DNA from: Alphaproteobacteria bacterium
GTDB taxonomy: Bacteria; Pseudomonadota; Alphaproteobacteria; GCA-2731375
Direction of reading: 5' to 3'
Assembly: GCA_965232515.1 (NCBI GenBank)
Contig: CBDDPY010000002.1
Location: 6,688,001-6,752,000, forward strand
DNA: 64,000 nucleotides
The notes under the pieces were generated by a model. That model had not been told where the DNA came from. It did not search any database and saw only the letters and a list, made by a program, of their open reading frames with translations. Position 1 is the first letter of the stretch. The number at the start of each line of letters is the position of its first letter. Of this stretch, positions 38,628-49,937 are shown piece by piece. Both the position numbers and the translations under genes were made by a program.

Positions 38628-39779
38628 ATGACCCAAGCCATCAAGAAACAGAGCGACCTGATCCTGCTGGTCTGCTTCGCCGCCGCGGTGCTGGCCGGCC
38701 CGGTCATCCTGGCGCCGATCGGCGCGGGCTATCCCGACCTGCTGCAGAAGTTCGCGATCTTCGGCATCTTCGCGCTGGGATTCAATATCCTCTTCGGCCT
38801 CACCGGCTACCTGTCCTTCGGCCACGCCGCGTTCCTGGGCGTCGGCTCCTACACGGCGGTGTGGACGTTCAAGCTGCTCAGCATGAACCCGATCCCGGCG
38901 ATCATCTTCGCCACGTTGATCGGCGGTCTGTTCGCCGCCCTGATCGGCTTCATCTCGTTGCGGCGCTCGGGCATCTACTTCTCGATCCTGACGCTCGCCT
39001 TCGCGCAGATGAGCTACAACCTCGCCTATTCGGTGCTGACGCCGATCACCAACGGCGAGACCGGCCTGCAGCTGGCGCAGTCCGACCCGCGGGTGCTGGA
39101 CGTCGCCTTCGGGCGCGATTACGGCGCCGTGCTGCCGTCGTCCGACCTGTTCGGCCTCACCATGACCGGCTATCCCGGCTTTTACTTCTGCGCGATGATG
39201 CTGATCCTCTGCTTCTTCATCTCGATGCGCATCTTCCGTTCGCCGTTCGGCATGATGCTACGCGCGGTGAAGTCGAACCAGAACCGGATGAACTACACCG
39301 GGCTCAACACCCGGCCCTACGCGATGGCGGCGTTCGTGATTTCAGGCATGTATGCGGGCCTGGCCGGCGGCCTGATGGCGGTGACCGACCCGCTGGCGGG
39401 CGCCGAGCGCATGCAGTGGACGGCGTCCGGCGAGGTCGTGCTGATGACCATTCTTGGCGGCGCCGGCACCTTGCTCGGCCCCGTCATCGGCGCGGGCGCG
39501 ATCAAGTACTTCGAGAACATCTTCTCCGCCTTCAACGAGGGCATCCTGATGCAGGCTTTCGACTTCCTGCCGGAAGGGTTGCAGCACCTCATGGTGTCGC
39601 TGACGTCACTGTTCGTCGGCGAGGGCTGGCACCTGACGCTGGGCGCCTTGTTCATGATCATCGTGATCTTCCTGCCGGGCGGCCTGATGGAAGGCTTCAA
39701 CCGCCTGCGGGGCTGGATCGCGGGCCGCTTCGGCGGTGGCGGCGGCGCGCCCGAATTGTCGCCGGCGACGGCAGGCTAG
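38628..39779 (+). CDS. Liv-type ABC permease (LivM-like)
   Basis: [37 protein letters not shown]. Confidence 0.93.
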   Translation: MTQAIKKQSDLILLVCFAAAVLAGPVILAPIGAGYPDLLQKFAIFGIFALGFNILFGLTGYLSFGHAAFLGVGSYTAVWTFKLLSMNPIPAIIFATLIGGLFAALIGFISLRRSGIYFSILTLAFAQMSYNLAYSVLTPITNGETGLQLAQSDPRVLDVAFGRDYGAVLPSSDLFGLTMTGYPGFYFCAMMLILCFFISMRIFRSPFGMMLRAVKSNQNRMNYTGLNTRPYAMAAFVISGMYAGLAGGLMAVTDPLAGAERMQWTASGEVVLMTILGGAGTLLGPVIGAGAIKYFENIFSAFNEGILMQAFDFLPEGLQHLMVSLTSLFVGEGWHLTLGALFMIIVIFLPGGLMEGFNRLRGWIAGRFGGGGGAPELSPATAG

Positions 39780-39790
39780 GGGAGGTCGAT

Positions 39791-40542
39791 ATGAACATTC
39801 TCTCGGTCCAGAACGTCAACAAGCATTTTGGCGGCCTGCAGGCGCTGAACGAGGTGAACCTCGAGGTCGAGGCCGGCACGGTGCACGCCATCATCGGCCC
39901 GAACGGGGCAGGCAAGTCGACGTTGCTTAACTGCTTCGTCGGCCGGCTCGAGCCGGACACCGGCTCGGTCATGTTCGACGGCCAGTCGCTGCTGGGCATC
40001 AAGCCGCACGAGATCAACCAGACCGGCGTCGCCCGCGTGTTTCAGACGCCAGAGATCTTTGGCGACCTGACCCTGCTGGACAATGTGATGATTCCCGCCT
40101 TCGCCAAGCGGGACGGCGCCTTCACCATGAACGCCTGGGGGTCCGTCGCGGGCGAGGCCGACATCTATTCCAAGGCGATGACCATGCTGTCCGACGTCGG
40201 CCTCGCCAATCAGGCGCACGACATCGCCGGTCAGTTGTCGCGTGGCGACAAGCGGCGGCTGGAACTGGCCATGTGCCTGGTGCAGGACCCGAAGCTCTTG
40301 CTGCTCGACGAGCCGACGGCCGGCATGGCCCGGGCCGACACCAACAACACCATCGACCTGATGAAGCGGATCGCCGAGAGCGGCGTCACCATGGTGGTGA
40401 TCGAGCACGACATGCACGTGGTGTTTTCGCTGGCCGACAAGATCAGCGTCCTGGCGCAGGGTACCGTGATCGCCGAGGGCCTGCCGGACAGCATCAAAGG
40501 AGATCCGCGCGTCCAGGAAGCCTATCTCGGAGGAGCCCACCT

Positions 40543-40546
<4 letters not shown>
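39791..40546 (+). CDS. Liv-type ABC ATPase (LivG-like)
   Basis: GPNGAGKST, LLLDEPTAGM, IEHDM; ATG at 39791 after GGAGG (ORF track over-extends the start). Confidence 0.94.
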
Positions 40547-41373
<827 letters not shown>

Positions 41374-41404
41374 TCGCACCCGCGCCGTTCGGGAGAGAGG
41401 ACGG

Positions 41405-42094
41405 ATGCCCGAGCCCGCCGCCGGAATGCAGTTGCCGCTCGCGCTGAATACGAAGCTCGAAGAGGACTTCATCTCGCCGCTGACCGCGGTGCGCGGCGCG
41501 ATCGAGATCCTGCGCGACTATCCGGACCTGGCGGCCGACGAGCGAAACCGGTTCATCGAAACGGCGCTGCGCGAATGCGCCCGGCTGGAAAAGGGCGTGG
41601 CGGACCTGGCCGAGACGGTCTACGCCGCCGGCCAGCGCGCGCATCTGCGGCCGGCCACCAGTCTGTCGCCGGAGACCTATCGCGAATATGCCGGCCGCAT
41701 CCGCTTCCACGACGCCATCGACGTGGTCGAGATCGATTTCAGCGACTTCGCCTTCCGCAACTCGAAGATCGTCAATGACTTCCATGACGTTATCGAGGCC
41801 GAGGTGAGCGCGACCGGCCGCGACTGGTATTTCGTCGTCAACCACCAGGCCTGCAGTGTCTGGCCGGAAGCCTGGGTCGCTTTTGCGCACCGCGGCAAGA
41901 AGGTGCAGGTGGCCCATGCGCTCGCAACGGTCCGCTATGCGGCCGAGCCCGACTCCGGTGACCAGTCATCGAACGCGTCGCGCGCCGGCCACGACCCCAA
42001 CATGTTTGCGTCGAGAGACCTTGCTCTGGCGCACGTTGAAGAGTTGCGCCATGCCGCCGACCTGACGCCGCCGCAACGACAACATCGACACTAG
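41405..42094 (+). CDS. hypothetical protein with a His-less HisKA/DHp-like N-terminus and no ATPase domain
   Basis: EDFISPLTAVRGAIEILRDYPDLAADERNRFIETALRECARL fits the DHp pattern; no N/G1/F/G2 boxes follow. Confidence 0.7.
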   Translation: MPEPAAGMQLPLALNTKLEEDFISPLTAVRGAIEILRDYPDLAADERNRFIETALRECARLEKGVADLAETVYAAGQRAHLRPATSLSPETYREYAGRIRFHDAIDVVEIDFSDFAFRNSKIVNDFHDVIEAEVSATGRDWYFVVNHQACSVWPEAWVAFAHRGKKVQVAHALATVRYAAEPDSGDQSSNASRAGHDPNMFASRDLALAHVEELRHAADLTPPQRQHRH

Positions 42095-42234
42095 ACCCGT
42101 CACGTCGGTTGCTCGCCGGTTTGGCCACAACCGAGATCTGCGCGTCAGCAATCTTGCTGATTGAATATCACCGATTTTCTACAGACTCGGAAAAATAGAA
42201 TCGATACCATTTATGCGAATCAATAAGGGTATTA

Positions 42235-43494
42235 ATGAGGGCAAGCATCGTGTCTGGCGATATCGACGTCAGCAACACCATGAAGTTGCTGAATGATGCC
42301 GAGTTGATTTTTCCCGAGGCAATTTCATTCTTCGCCGGCCGGCCGCCAGACAGATTTATCGAAACCGCGCGCGTGCCCGCGTGGCTCGCGAACTTCGTCG
42401 ACAAGAACAAGACGATCGATATCGGTGCCGGCGACGACGCCTGGCTGACGATCGGTCAATACGCCGCGACAAACGGCATCATGCTGGAGGCGGCAACGCG
42501 CTATCTCGCGAACGATGCCGACATCCGCGTCGCGCCCGAGGCCTGCATGATCACAAACGGGGCGCAGGAGGCGGTGACCATTTGCCTTGCGGGACTGGTC
42601 GGGCAAAATCGCTGCGTGCTGGCGGCCGATCCGACCTATATCGGCCTGACTGGCGCCGCCGACGTCCTCGACATCGCTGTCGAGGTCGTGCCCGACGACC
42701 TTGAGTTCGTCGACCGGGTCGAGCATGCGCTCGTCGACCGCGGGCCCGATCAGCTGCCGGTCGGCGCGCTTTACCTGGTGCCGGACTTCGCCAACCCGTC
42801 GAGCCGCCATCTCTCGGTCGCCGAGCGCCGCCGCCTGATCGAGCTCGCAGACCGCCACGACTTTTATATCCTCGAAGATGTGGCCTACCGCTGGTTCGCC
42901 TACGACGGCCGCTCGACGCCGCCGATGAAGTCGCTCGACGACGTGGGCCGTGTCATTTACATCGAGACCTTCGCCAAGACCTTTCTGCCGGGCGTGCGGC
43001 TGGCCATCATGGTGGCCGACCGTGCCGTCGAAGGCGGCACTCTGGCACAGCAGCTGGCGGCCATCAAAAGCTATGTCTCGGTGAATACGTCGCCGTTGAA
43101 CCAGGCGATCTTGGCCGGGTTCCTGGACGAACAGAACTACTCGCTTGCCGATTGGATGGCGCCGCGCCGCGCCTCGCTGCAGTCCCGGCGCGACGCCTTC
43201 GACCGCGCCTTGACGGCGCATTTCGGCACCGGCGCCAATGCCATCGCGCGCTGGGAGCTGCCGCTCGGCGGCTTCTTCTTCCGGCTGCAGATCGGCGCGA
43301 GCTTCGGCATCGACGATTTTCTGCGTTGCGCCCGCGATGGCGGCGTCATCGCCATGCCCATGTGCTGCTTCTCGACCGCGGGCGGGCATGCCGACGAGAT
43401 CAGGCTGTCGTTCAGCAACAACACGGCCGAGGACATCGCCGAAGGTGTCGCGCGTCTCGCCGCCTTTCTCGAAAACCACAATCCGGCGACTTGA
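42235..43494 (+). CDS. class I/II PLP-dependent aminotransferase
   Basis: ITNGAQEA, PDFANPS, ILEDVAY, TFAKTFLPGVR, GGFF, IRLSFS; start uncertain. Confidence 0.9.
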   Translation: MRASIVSGDIDVSNTMKLLNDAELIFPEAISFFAGRPPDRFIETARVPAWLANFVDKNKTIDIGAGDDAWLTIGQYAATNGIMLEAATRYLANDADIRVAPEACMITNGAQEAVTICLAGLVGQNRCVLAADPTYIGLTGAADVLDIAVEVVPDDLEFVDRVEHALVDRGPDQLPVGALYLVPDFANPSSRHLSVAERRRLIELADRHDFYILEDVAYRWFAYDGRSTPPMKSLDDVGRVIYIETFAKTFLPGVRLAIMVADRAVEGGTLAQQLAAIKSYVSVNTSPLNQAILAGFLDEQNYSLADWMAPRRASLQSRRDAFDRALTAHFGTGANAIARWELPLGGFFFRLQIGASFGIDDFLRCARDGGVIAMPMCCFSTAGGHADEIRLSFSNNTAEDIAEGVARLAAFLENHNPAT

Positions 43495-43552
43495 AAAGTC
43501 GACTGGTGTCAGTAAGTTAAGCGATTTTTGTGAAGTTGTTTGTCGAAAGCGA

Positions 43553-44098
43553 TCAGGGCAACGGAAAGGCATCGAGGTAGCCCTGATAGTCGGGCTCGAC
43601 GTCGATCTCAAGCGTCTCCAGCACACGAACCACGGCGTTGTAGAAGCCGATCACCAGCACCAGCTCGACCAGCAGCTTGTGGCCGAGCGCGGCTTCGAGT
43701 TCGGCATAGGTCGGATCGGCGATCCGCCGCGTTTCCGTCATCTCGCGCGCCGCCCGCAGCACGGCGCGGTCGAGCGCCGGCAGGCCGCTGTCCTGACCGG
43801 CGGACTCCGCGGCAATCGCTCTGACGTCGTCGTCGCTGACGCCGAAATCGCGGCCGATGCCGATGTGATGGCTATATTCGTAGGCGCTGCGCGCGAGGTA
43901 GCCGACCTGCAGAATAGCCATCTCGCGCAGGCGCGGGTCCAGCGAACTCTCGTAGCGGATCCAATGCCCGAGTTTCTGGAAATGCCGCGTGCCGTCGGGG
44001 CTGTGCGTCAGCGCCCGGTAGAGATTGATGTTGCGCTTCAGCAGGTCGCGGTCGTCTTCGGCGAGGTCCGGCGGGTCGAGGTAGGGCAGGCGCGCCAT
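43553..44098 (-). CDS. carboxymuconolactone decarboxylase/AhpD-like protein
   Basis: LDPRLREMAILQVG..SAYEYSHH..G..FGVS; IGFYN. Confidence 0.85.
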   Translation of the reverse strand: MARLPYLDPPDLAEDDRDLLKRNINLYRALTHSPDGTRHFQKLGHWIRYESSLDPRLREMAILQVGYLARSAYEYSHHIGIGRDFGVSDDDVRAIAAESAGQDSGLPALDRAVLRAAREMTETRRIADPTYAELEAALGHKLLVELVLVIGFYNAVVRVLETLEIDVEPDYQGYLDAFPLP

Positions 44099-44110
44099 CG
44101 ATCCGGCCTC

Positions 44111-44917
<807 letters not shown>

Positions 44918-44951
44918 TTGCCTTGCGTTTTCCTCCCGTTAGCGCCGCTGC

Positions 44952-45398
44952 TTAAGGCAAGTCCTTCAACACCTCGTCCGGATGATCGGCGGGCGTCACC
45001 TTGGCATAGACCTTGGCGATGCGGCCTTCCGGATCGATCAGATAGCTGATTCGCGCAGGATATTGCGCGTCCGCTGAGTCGGCCGCCCCATAGGTCATGC
45101 TGATGGCGCGGTCCTCGTCGCACAACAGATCGTAGGGAAAGCCGAACTTTTCTTGAAACGCCCGGTTCTCCGCCGGCGTATCGCAGCTGATCCCGAGCAC
45201 GATGGCGTTCTTGGCTGTGAAGTCTTGGATTCGATCACGGAACCCTTTGCCTTCAATGGTTCAGCCGGGGGTGTCAGCCTTCGGATACCACCAGAGAACG
45301 ACGTAGTGCCCCCGATACTGATCCAGTGAGGTCTGAATCCCCTGCTGGTTCGGCAGCGAAAAGGCGGGGGCGACATCCGCCTCATTCAACAAAGCCAC
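44952..45398 (-). CDS. bcp: selenocysteine-containing peroxiredoxin (BCP/PrxQ type), 148 aa, Sec46
   Basis: AAAGGAGA RBS and GTG at 45398. Hand translation MALLNEADVAPAFSLPNQQGIQTSLDQYRGHYVVLWWYPKADTPG-U(TGA 45263-45261)-TIEGKGFRDRIQDFTAKNAIVLGISCD continues in frame into ORF 44952..45200. TGA sits at the peroxidatic Cys of YPKxxTPGCT. Confidence 0.88.
45219..45254 (-). other. candidate bacterial SECIS hairpin
   Basis: After the UGA: ACCAUU GAAG GCAAA GGGUUC CGUGAUC GAAUCC AAGA CUUC. Upper stem GGGUUC/GAAUCC, lower stem GAAG/CUUC, G-containing apical loop 21 nt after the UGA. Confidence 0.55.
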
Positions 45399-45499
45399 GC
45401 GAGTCTCCTTTCCATTGTTGACGAGATAGAAACAAAAGATAATTGAACAAAAACAGTAATTTAAAAGCTTGTTCTCATGTTTTATCGAAGTTTGACGAC

Positions 45500-45748
45500 T
45501 TAGCCGTCATCCGGCGTTTCCAAGCGGATGGCGAACGGGATGCCGTCAGCCGTGCCACGCAAGACAACGGCTGGGTTGCCGCCTGCGATCGCGGTGTCAC
45601 CTGGGGCTGGCGTTGCCTGAGGCGTGGATTCGGCCTCACGGGCATCCGCGCCGGCGAACAGGTCATCGAACTGTTTTCGGCTCTCCGCCAAGAGGCTGTC
45701 GAAGGCGTCCGACATGCCGCCAACGTTGCTGTCCGAATCAGACGCCAT
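45500..45748 (-). CDS. small acidic hypothetical protein (82 aa)
   Basis: ATG 6 nt after the isochorismatase stop; amphipathic helix, P/A/T linker, short beta-rich tail; helix matches the HyuB N-terminal motif. Confidence 0.7.
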   Translation of the reverse strand: MASDSDSNVGGMSDAFDSLLAESRKQFDDLFAGADAREAESTPQATPAPGDTAIAGGNPAVVLRGTADGIPFAIRLETPDDG

Positions 45749-45754
45749 CGGTTT

Positions 45755-46465
45755 TCAGGCGTCCACCTTGGGGCGTTCGTTCCACCAGCGCTGGAAGTTT
45801 TCGTTCGCGGTGCCGCCTAGACCGGCGCTCGCCACCTGCTTGATGTACCCCAGCGCTTCGTCGGCCGAGACCACGTCGCAGTATTTGGCGTCGAGGTCGA
45901 AGAGGTTCGCCTCGTGCGGTCCGTCGGCCCGGTCGCCGACGGCCTCGCGCACCACGATGGTGAGATAGCCGCTCTGCATCGAGTCGAGCGCCGAGGCGCG
46001 GACGCAGCCGCTGGTCGTGCAGCCCGTGACGATGACCGTGTCGACTCCCTGCGATTTCAGGTAGGCGTCGGCGTCGGTGCCGAAGAACGCGCTGGCGAAT
46101 TTCTTCTCGACAACATATTCGCCGGGCTGCGGCCGGAGGCGGTCGTCGATCTCGACCATGTGCGAGCCGCGCCGCAGGATCGACAGCGACGGCACTTTCT
46201 TGATGAACACGCCGGCGTCGCGATAGTCGGCGTCATAGGCCGTGGTCGTATAGACGATTGGCAGGCCGCCGAGCCGGAACGCCGTCAACAGGTCCTTCGT
46301 GACCGCGATCTCGTTCGTGAGATCGCCGCCGAGCGGGGTCGACGGGTCGGTGAAGCCGTTGATGAAATCGACGATCAGCAGCGCCGGCTTCTGGCCGTAG
46401 CCCGAGCGGACGGCGAAGCCCTTCTGCTCATAGTCGTCCCGCGTGCCGCGCTGCCAGTCGTTCAT
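45755..46465 (-). CDS. isochorismatase-family cysteine hydrolase (N-carbamoylsarcosine amidase/maleamate amidohydrolase-like)
   Basis: ALLIVDF (Asp), KKFASAFFGT (Lys), GCTTSGCVRASALD (Cys), HEANLFDLDAKYCDV; ATG at 46465 after GGAGG. Confidence 0.9.
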   Translation of the reverse strand: MNDWQRGTRDDYEQKGFAVRSGYGQKPALLIVDFINGFTDPSTPLGGDLTNEIAVTKDLLTAFRLGGLPIVYTTTAYDADYRDAGVFIKKVPSLSILRRGSHMVEIDDRLRPQPGEYVVEKKFASAFFGTDADAYLKSQGVDTVIVTGCTTSGCVRASALDSMQSGYLTIVVREAVGDRADGPHEANLFDLDAKYCDVVSADEALGYIKQVASAGLGGTANENFQRWWNERPKVDA

Positions 46466-46658
46466 CACCCACCTCCCGATTACCGTCCGGCAATCATGCC
46501 CCAGCCGCGGGGCATTTTGAAAGCCGTTGTTCGTCCAACCGACGTCGCCGCCACGACGGAATTGTCGTTTGTGCTTGGCAAGGGCGGCGCGAGGCCGGAA
46601 ACTTGGGCCCCAACCCAAGAAGTCAATCAAGCAAAACTGGGTTTCCGGAGGCCAACAG

Positions 46659-47732
46659 ATGAGTGAAGAGTCCTACGACAACCGTTCCCCACGGCCGGCG
46701 GCGCACGGCCTCGGCGGCAAATCCGCCCTCGGGCCGCGCTACCGGCCGAGCTCGCTGGTGACCTCGCGCGGGCCGTCGGCGCTGTCCGCCGGCAGCCGCC
46801 AGTCCGCCGTCAGCGGCCGCAAGGAAATCTTCTGCGCCTTCGGCATCGACGTCGACGCGGTGGCCGGCTGGCTCGGCTCCTATGGCGGCGAAGACTCGCC
46901 CTGCGACATCTCCCGCGGCCTGTTCTCGGGCGAGGTCGGCACGCCGCGGCTGGTGCGGCTGTTCGACCGCATGGGAATCAAGACCACCTGGTTCATCCCC
47001 GGCCATTCCGTCGAAACCTTCCCCGAGCAGTGCAAGATGGTGGTCGACGCCGGCCACGAGATCGGCATGCATGGCTACAGCCATGAAAATCCCATCGCCA
47101 TGACGCCCGAGCAGGAAGAGGCCGTCATGGATAAGTGCATCGAGCTGATCGAGCGCCTGTGCGGCCGCCGCCCGACCGGTTATGTGGCGCCGTGGTGGGA
47201 GTTCAGCCCGGTCACCAATGAGCTGCTGCTGTCGAAAGGCATCAAGTACGACCACAGCCTGATGAACAACGACTTCCAGCCGTTCTACGTGCGGGTGGGG
47301 GACAGCTGGACGCCGATCGACTATTCGAAGCACCCGGACGAGTGGATGCGGCCGCTGGTGCGCGGCCAGGAGACCGATCTGATCGACATCCCCGGCAGCT
47401 GGCATCTCGACGATCTGCCGCCGATGATGTTCATCAAGTCGGCGCCGAACAGCCACGGCTTCGTCAATCCGCACGATGTCGAGGCCTACTGGCGCGACCA
47501 GTTCGATTGGGTCTATCGGGAGTACGACTACGCGGTCTACACGCTGACGATCCATCCCGACGTCTCGGGCCGGCCGCACGTGCTGATGATGCTGGAGCGC
47601 CTGTTCGAACATATCTCCAGCCATCCGGGCGTGCGCTTCTGCACCTTCGATGAAATCGCCGACGACTTCGCGCAGCGCTTCCCGCGCGGCTCCGTCGACA
47701 ACATCGAAGCGGCCTCGCTGGCGCAACGCTAG
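46659..47732 (+). CDS. polysaccharide deacetylase-fold hydrolase (HP0310/PuuE-like)
   Basis: [54 protein letters not shown]; about 50 aa N-terminal extension. Confidence 0.9.
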   Translation: MSEESYDNRSPRPAAHGLGGKSALGPRYRPSSLVTSRGPSALSAGSRQSAVSGRKEIFCAFGIDVDAVAGWLGSYGGEDSPCDISRGLFSGEVGTPRLVRLFDRMGIKTTWFIPGHSVETFPEQCKMVVDAGHEIGMHGYSHENPIAMTPEQEEAVMDKCIELIERLCGRRPTGYVAPWWEFSPVTNELLLSKGIKYDHSLMNNDFQPFYVRVGDSWTPIDYSKHPDEWMRPLVRGQETDLIDIPGSWHLDDLPPMMFIKSAPNSHGFVNPHDVEAYWRDQFDWVYREYDYAVYTLTIHPDVSGRPHVLMMLERLFEHISSHPGVRFCTFDEIADDFAQRFPRGSVDNIEAASLAQR

Positions 47733-47743
47733 GGCCGGGCGCT

Positions 47744-48079
47744 ATGTGCAGCCTCTGCGGCGTGCTCGGCGGCCGGGGCCACTGGACGGAAACGGCCAGC
47801 AACCCGGACGCTTTCCAGAGCCGCGCCGAGACCCATACCTGGCATCGTGAGCGGCAGACCCGAACGCGGCTCGTCAACGCGGTGCTGCGGCACTACGGGC
47901 TCAAGCTTGATGACTGGTCGGGCAACGCCTACATGCTGCGCAGCAAGACCGGCCGCACGGCGCTGGTCGACAACCTGACCGAGGTCTGGACCGCGGCCGA
48001 GCAGATCGGCCGCGGGGTCTGCGACCCGCTCGACGAGGACTTGCTGGCGTCCTTGTCCGATTCCGGGTCGGCGCGATGA
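47744..48079 (+). CDS. small Cys/His protein of unknown function
   Basis: MCSLCG..GHW..CDPLD; ATGA-coupled to the CobW gene. Confidence 0.75.
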   Translation: MCSLCGVLGGRGHWTETASNPDAFQSRAETHTWHRERQTRTRLVNAVLRHYGLKLDDWSGNAYMLRSKTGRTALVDNLTEVWTAAEQIGRGVCDPLDEDLLASLSDSGSAR

Positions 48080-49128
48080 CCGACTATGCCGCCCTGATCC
48101 CGATCAACGTGATCACCGGCTTTCTCGGCAGCGGCAAGACCAGCCTGCTGCAGCGGCTGCTGGCCTCGCCAAGCCTGTGCGATACAGCGGTGCTGGTGAA
48201 CGAGTTCGGCGAGGTCGGGCTCGACCACCAACTGCTGCAGCATGTCGCCGAGAGCACGCTGCTGCTGGACAACGGTTGCCTGTGCTGTGCCGTGCGCGGC
48301 GATTTGCAGGACTCGTTGCGGCAGCTTTTCTCGCAGCGCGAGCGCGCCGAGATCTCGCCGTTCCGCCGGGTCGTGATCGAGACATCCGGCCTCGCCGATC
48401 CCGTGCCGATCGCCTACACCATCTTGGCCGAGCCGGTGATCCAGCATCATTTCCGTCTCGGCAACGTGGTCACCACCATCGACGCGGTGAATGGCGGACA
48501 GCAACTCGACGCCTACCCGGAATCGGTGAAACAGGCAGCCATCGCCGACCGCGTGGTCGTGACCAAGACCGATCTGGACGAGGAGGGACGTTTCGGCGCC
48601 CTGGAGCATCGCCTCCGGCAACTCAATCCGTCGGCGCCGGTGATCCGCGCGGCGGACGGGGTGCTGGACCCCGAACAGCTCCTGGCCCAGGACGTCTACG
48701 ATGCCGACAGCAAGCAGCGGGACGTCGAAGACTGGCTCGCCGCCCACACGGTGTCGACCGAAAACCAGGGTGGCCACGACCATACACACGGCGTCGCGTC
48801 GTTCTGCCTGACCTTCGATGCGCCGCTCGACTGGACGGCGTTCGGCATCTGGATGACCATGCTGCAGCACCGGCATGGCGAGAACGTGCTGCGTATCAAG
48901 GGCATGCTGAACGTCGCGGGTCAGTCGGCGCCGGTGCTGATCAATGGCGTCCAGCACATCGTGCACCCGCCGACCCATCTCGACGCCTGGCCCGATGCCG
49001 ACCACCGCTCGCGCATCGTTTTCATCACGCGCGGCCTCGACCAGGCGCGCATCGAAGCCTCGCTTGCCGCCTTCAACCGGTTGGCAAATCCCGTCGCGGC
49101 GCGGATGCCCGTCGACGCCTTGGCCTGA
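48076..49128 (+). CDS. CobW/COG0523 metallochaperone GTPase
   Basis: GFLGSGKT, NEFGEVGLD, GCLCC, IETSGLADP, HDHTH, LRIKG. Confidence 0.93.
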   Translation: MTDYAALIPINVITGFLGSGKTSLLQRLLASPSLCDTAVLVNEFGEVGLDHQLLQHVAESTLLLDNGCLCCAVRGDLQDSLRQLFSQRERAEISPFRRVVIETSGLADPVPIAYTILAEPVIQHHFRLGNVVTTIDAVNGGQQLDAYPESVKQAAIADRVVVTKTDLDEEGRFGALEHRLRQLNPSAPVIRAADGVLDPEQLLAQDVYDADSKQRDVEDWLAAHTVSTENQGGHDHTHGVASFCLTFDAPLDWTAFGIWMTMLQHRHGENVLRIKGMLNVAGQSAPVLINGVQHIVHPPTHLDAWPDADHRSRIVFITRGLDQARIEASLAAFNRLANPVAARMPVDALA

Positions 49129-49136
49129 TTAGACGA

Positions 49137-49664
49137 TCAGCTTGAAGGTCCGGGTGTCGTCATCCGCGGCGGCGGCCGTCGCGGCGTCCAGCCCGTGCGG
49201 AAGGCTCGGACCACGAAGTGCAGCAGGTAGAAGATCACCGCCAGGATCACCAGCAGGATGATCGACAACAGCTTGCTGCCGAATTCGGCATCGACGATGG
49301 CGCCGCGGCTCATCAGATGCTCGCTCAGCACCTCGATGGCCTGAATGGTGGCGCCGGCGCAAAAAATCACCGCGATCAGGATGGCGATCTGCAACGTGTC
49401 GAAGACCAGGGTTTCCACATTCAGCTGGCCGCTGCTGTGGAAGATATTTTTCCGAAACGACTGCCAGTGCGCGATGGCATAGCCGATGACGCCGACCAGC
49501 GAGGCGAACCAGAAGATCACGTTGCTGAAGCGGATATTCGGAATGTGCTCGACCAGATAAGTCTCGAACGGCTGATAGAAGTAGAGAAAGATCAGCAGGA
49601 TAATGACGCCGCCGAGGACGATCCAAAACCGCGGCCGCTCAGAATGTTCCTGTTCCTCGGACAT
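49137..49664 (-). CDS. hypothetical integral membrane protein (4 TM)
   Basis: Four hydrophobic segments; divergent from hyuA. Confidence 0.75.
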   Translation of the reverse strand: MSEEQEHSERPRFWIVLGGVIILLIFLYFYQPFETYLVEHIPNIRFSNVIFWFASLVGVIGYAIAHWQSFRKNIFHSSGQLNVETLVFDTLQIAILIAVIFCAGATIQAIEVLSEHLMSRGAIVDAEFGSKLLSIILLVILAVIFYLLHFVVRAFRTGWTPRRPPPRMTTPGPSS

Positions 49665-49937
49665 GGGCTGTTCTTCGCCTCGTTGGTTACCGGCAGGGAT
49701 CGTATACGAAATCCCGCGCCCGTCAAAAGCGCTTCACCGATGCCCCTGACTCGCCCGCGCCGAACCTGCAAGACGTAAATCAGATTGACCGGATGACGCG
49801 CGTTGGTGATCATTCGGGAAACGATAAATCCGCGGAGGCGTTTCTTGCTGGTTTCGGATTATCCGACAACCGCCCTGGGCGGTGCGTGTTCGGTGCGCGT
49901 GCGCGTCGACCTGACGTGGGCGACGTAAGGACGGAGC

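Noticed and set aside
38861-39790. Long N-terminal extension of the ABC ATPase (561-aa ORF)
   Set aside because: Overlaps the permease gene; the real start is ATG 39791 with a GGAGG RBS.
45261-45263. In-frame TGA read as a pseudogene lesion
   Set aside because: It falls exactly on the catalytic Cys position, both halves are intact and a SECIS-like hairpin follows; Sec recoding fits better.
45095-45385. 96-aa minus-strand ORF from the track
   Set aside because: Alternative frame overlapping the selenoperoxiredoxin.
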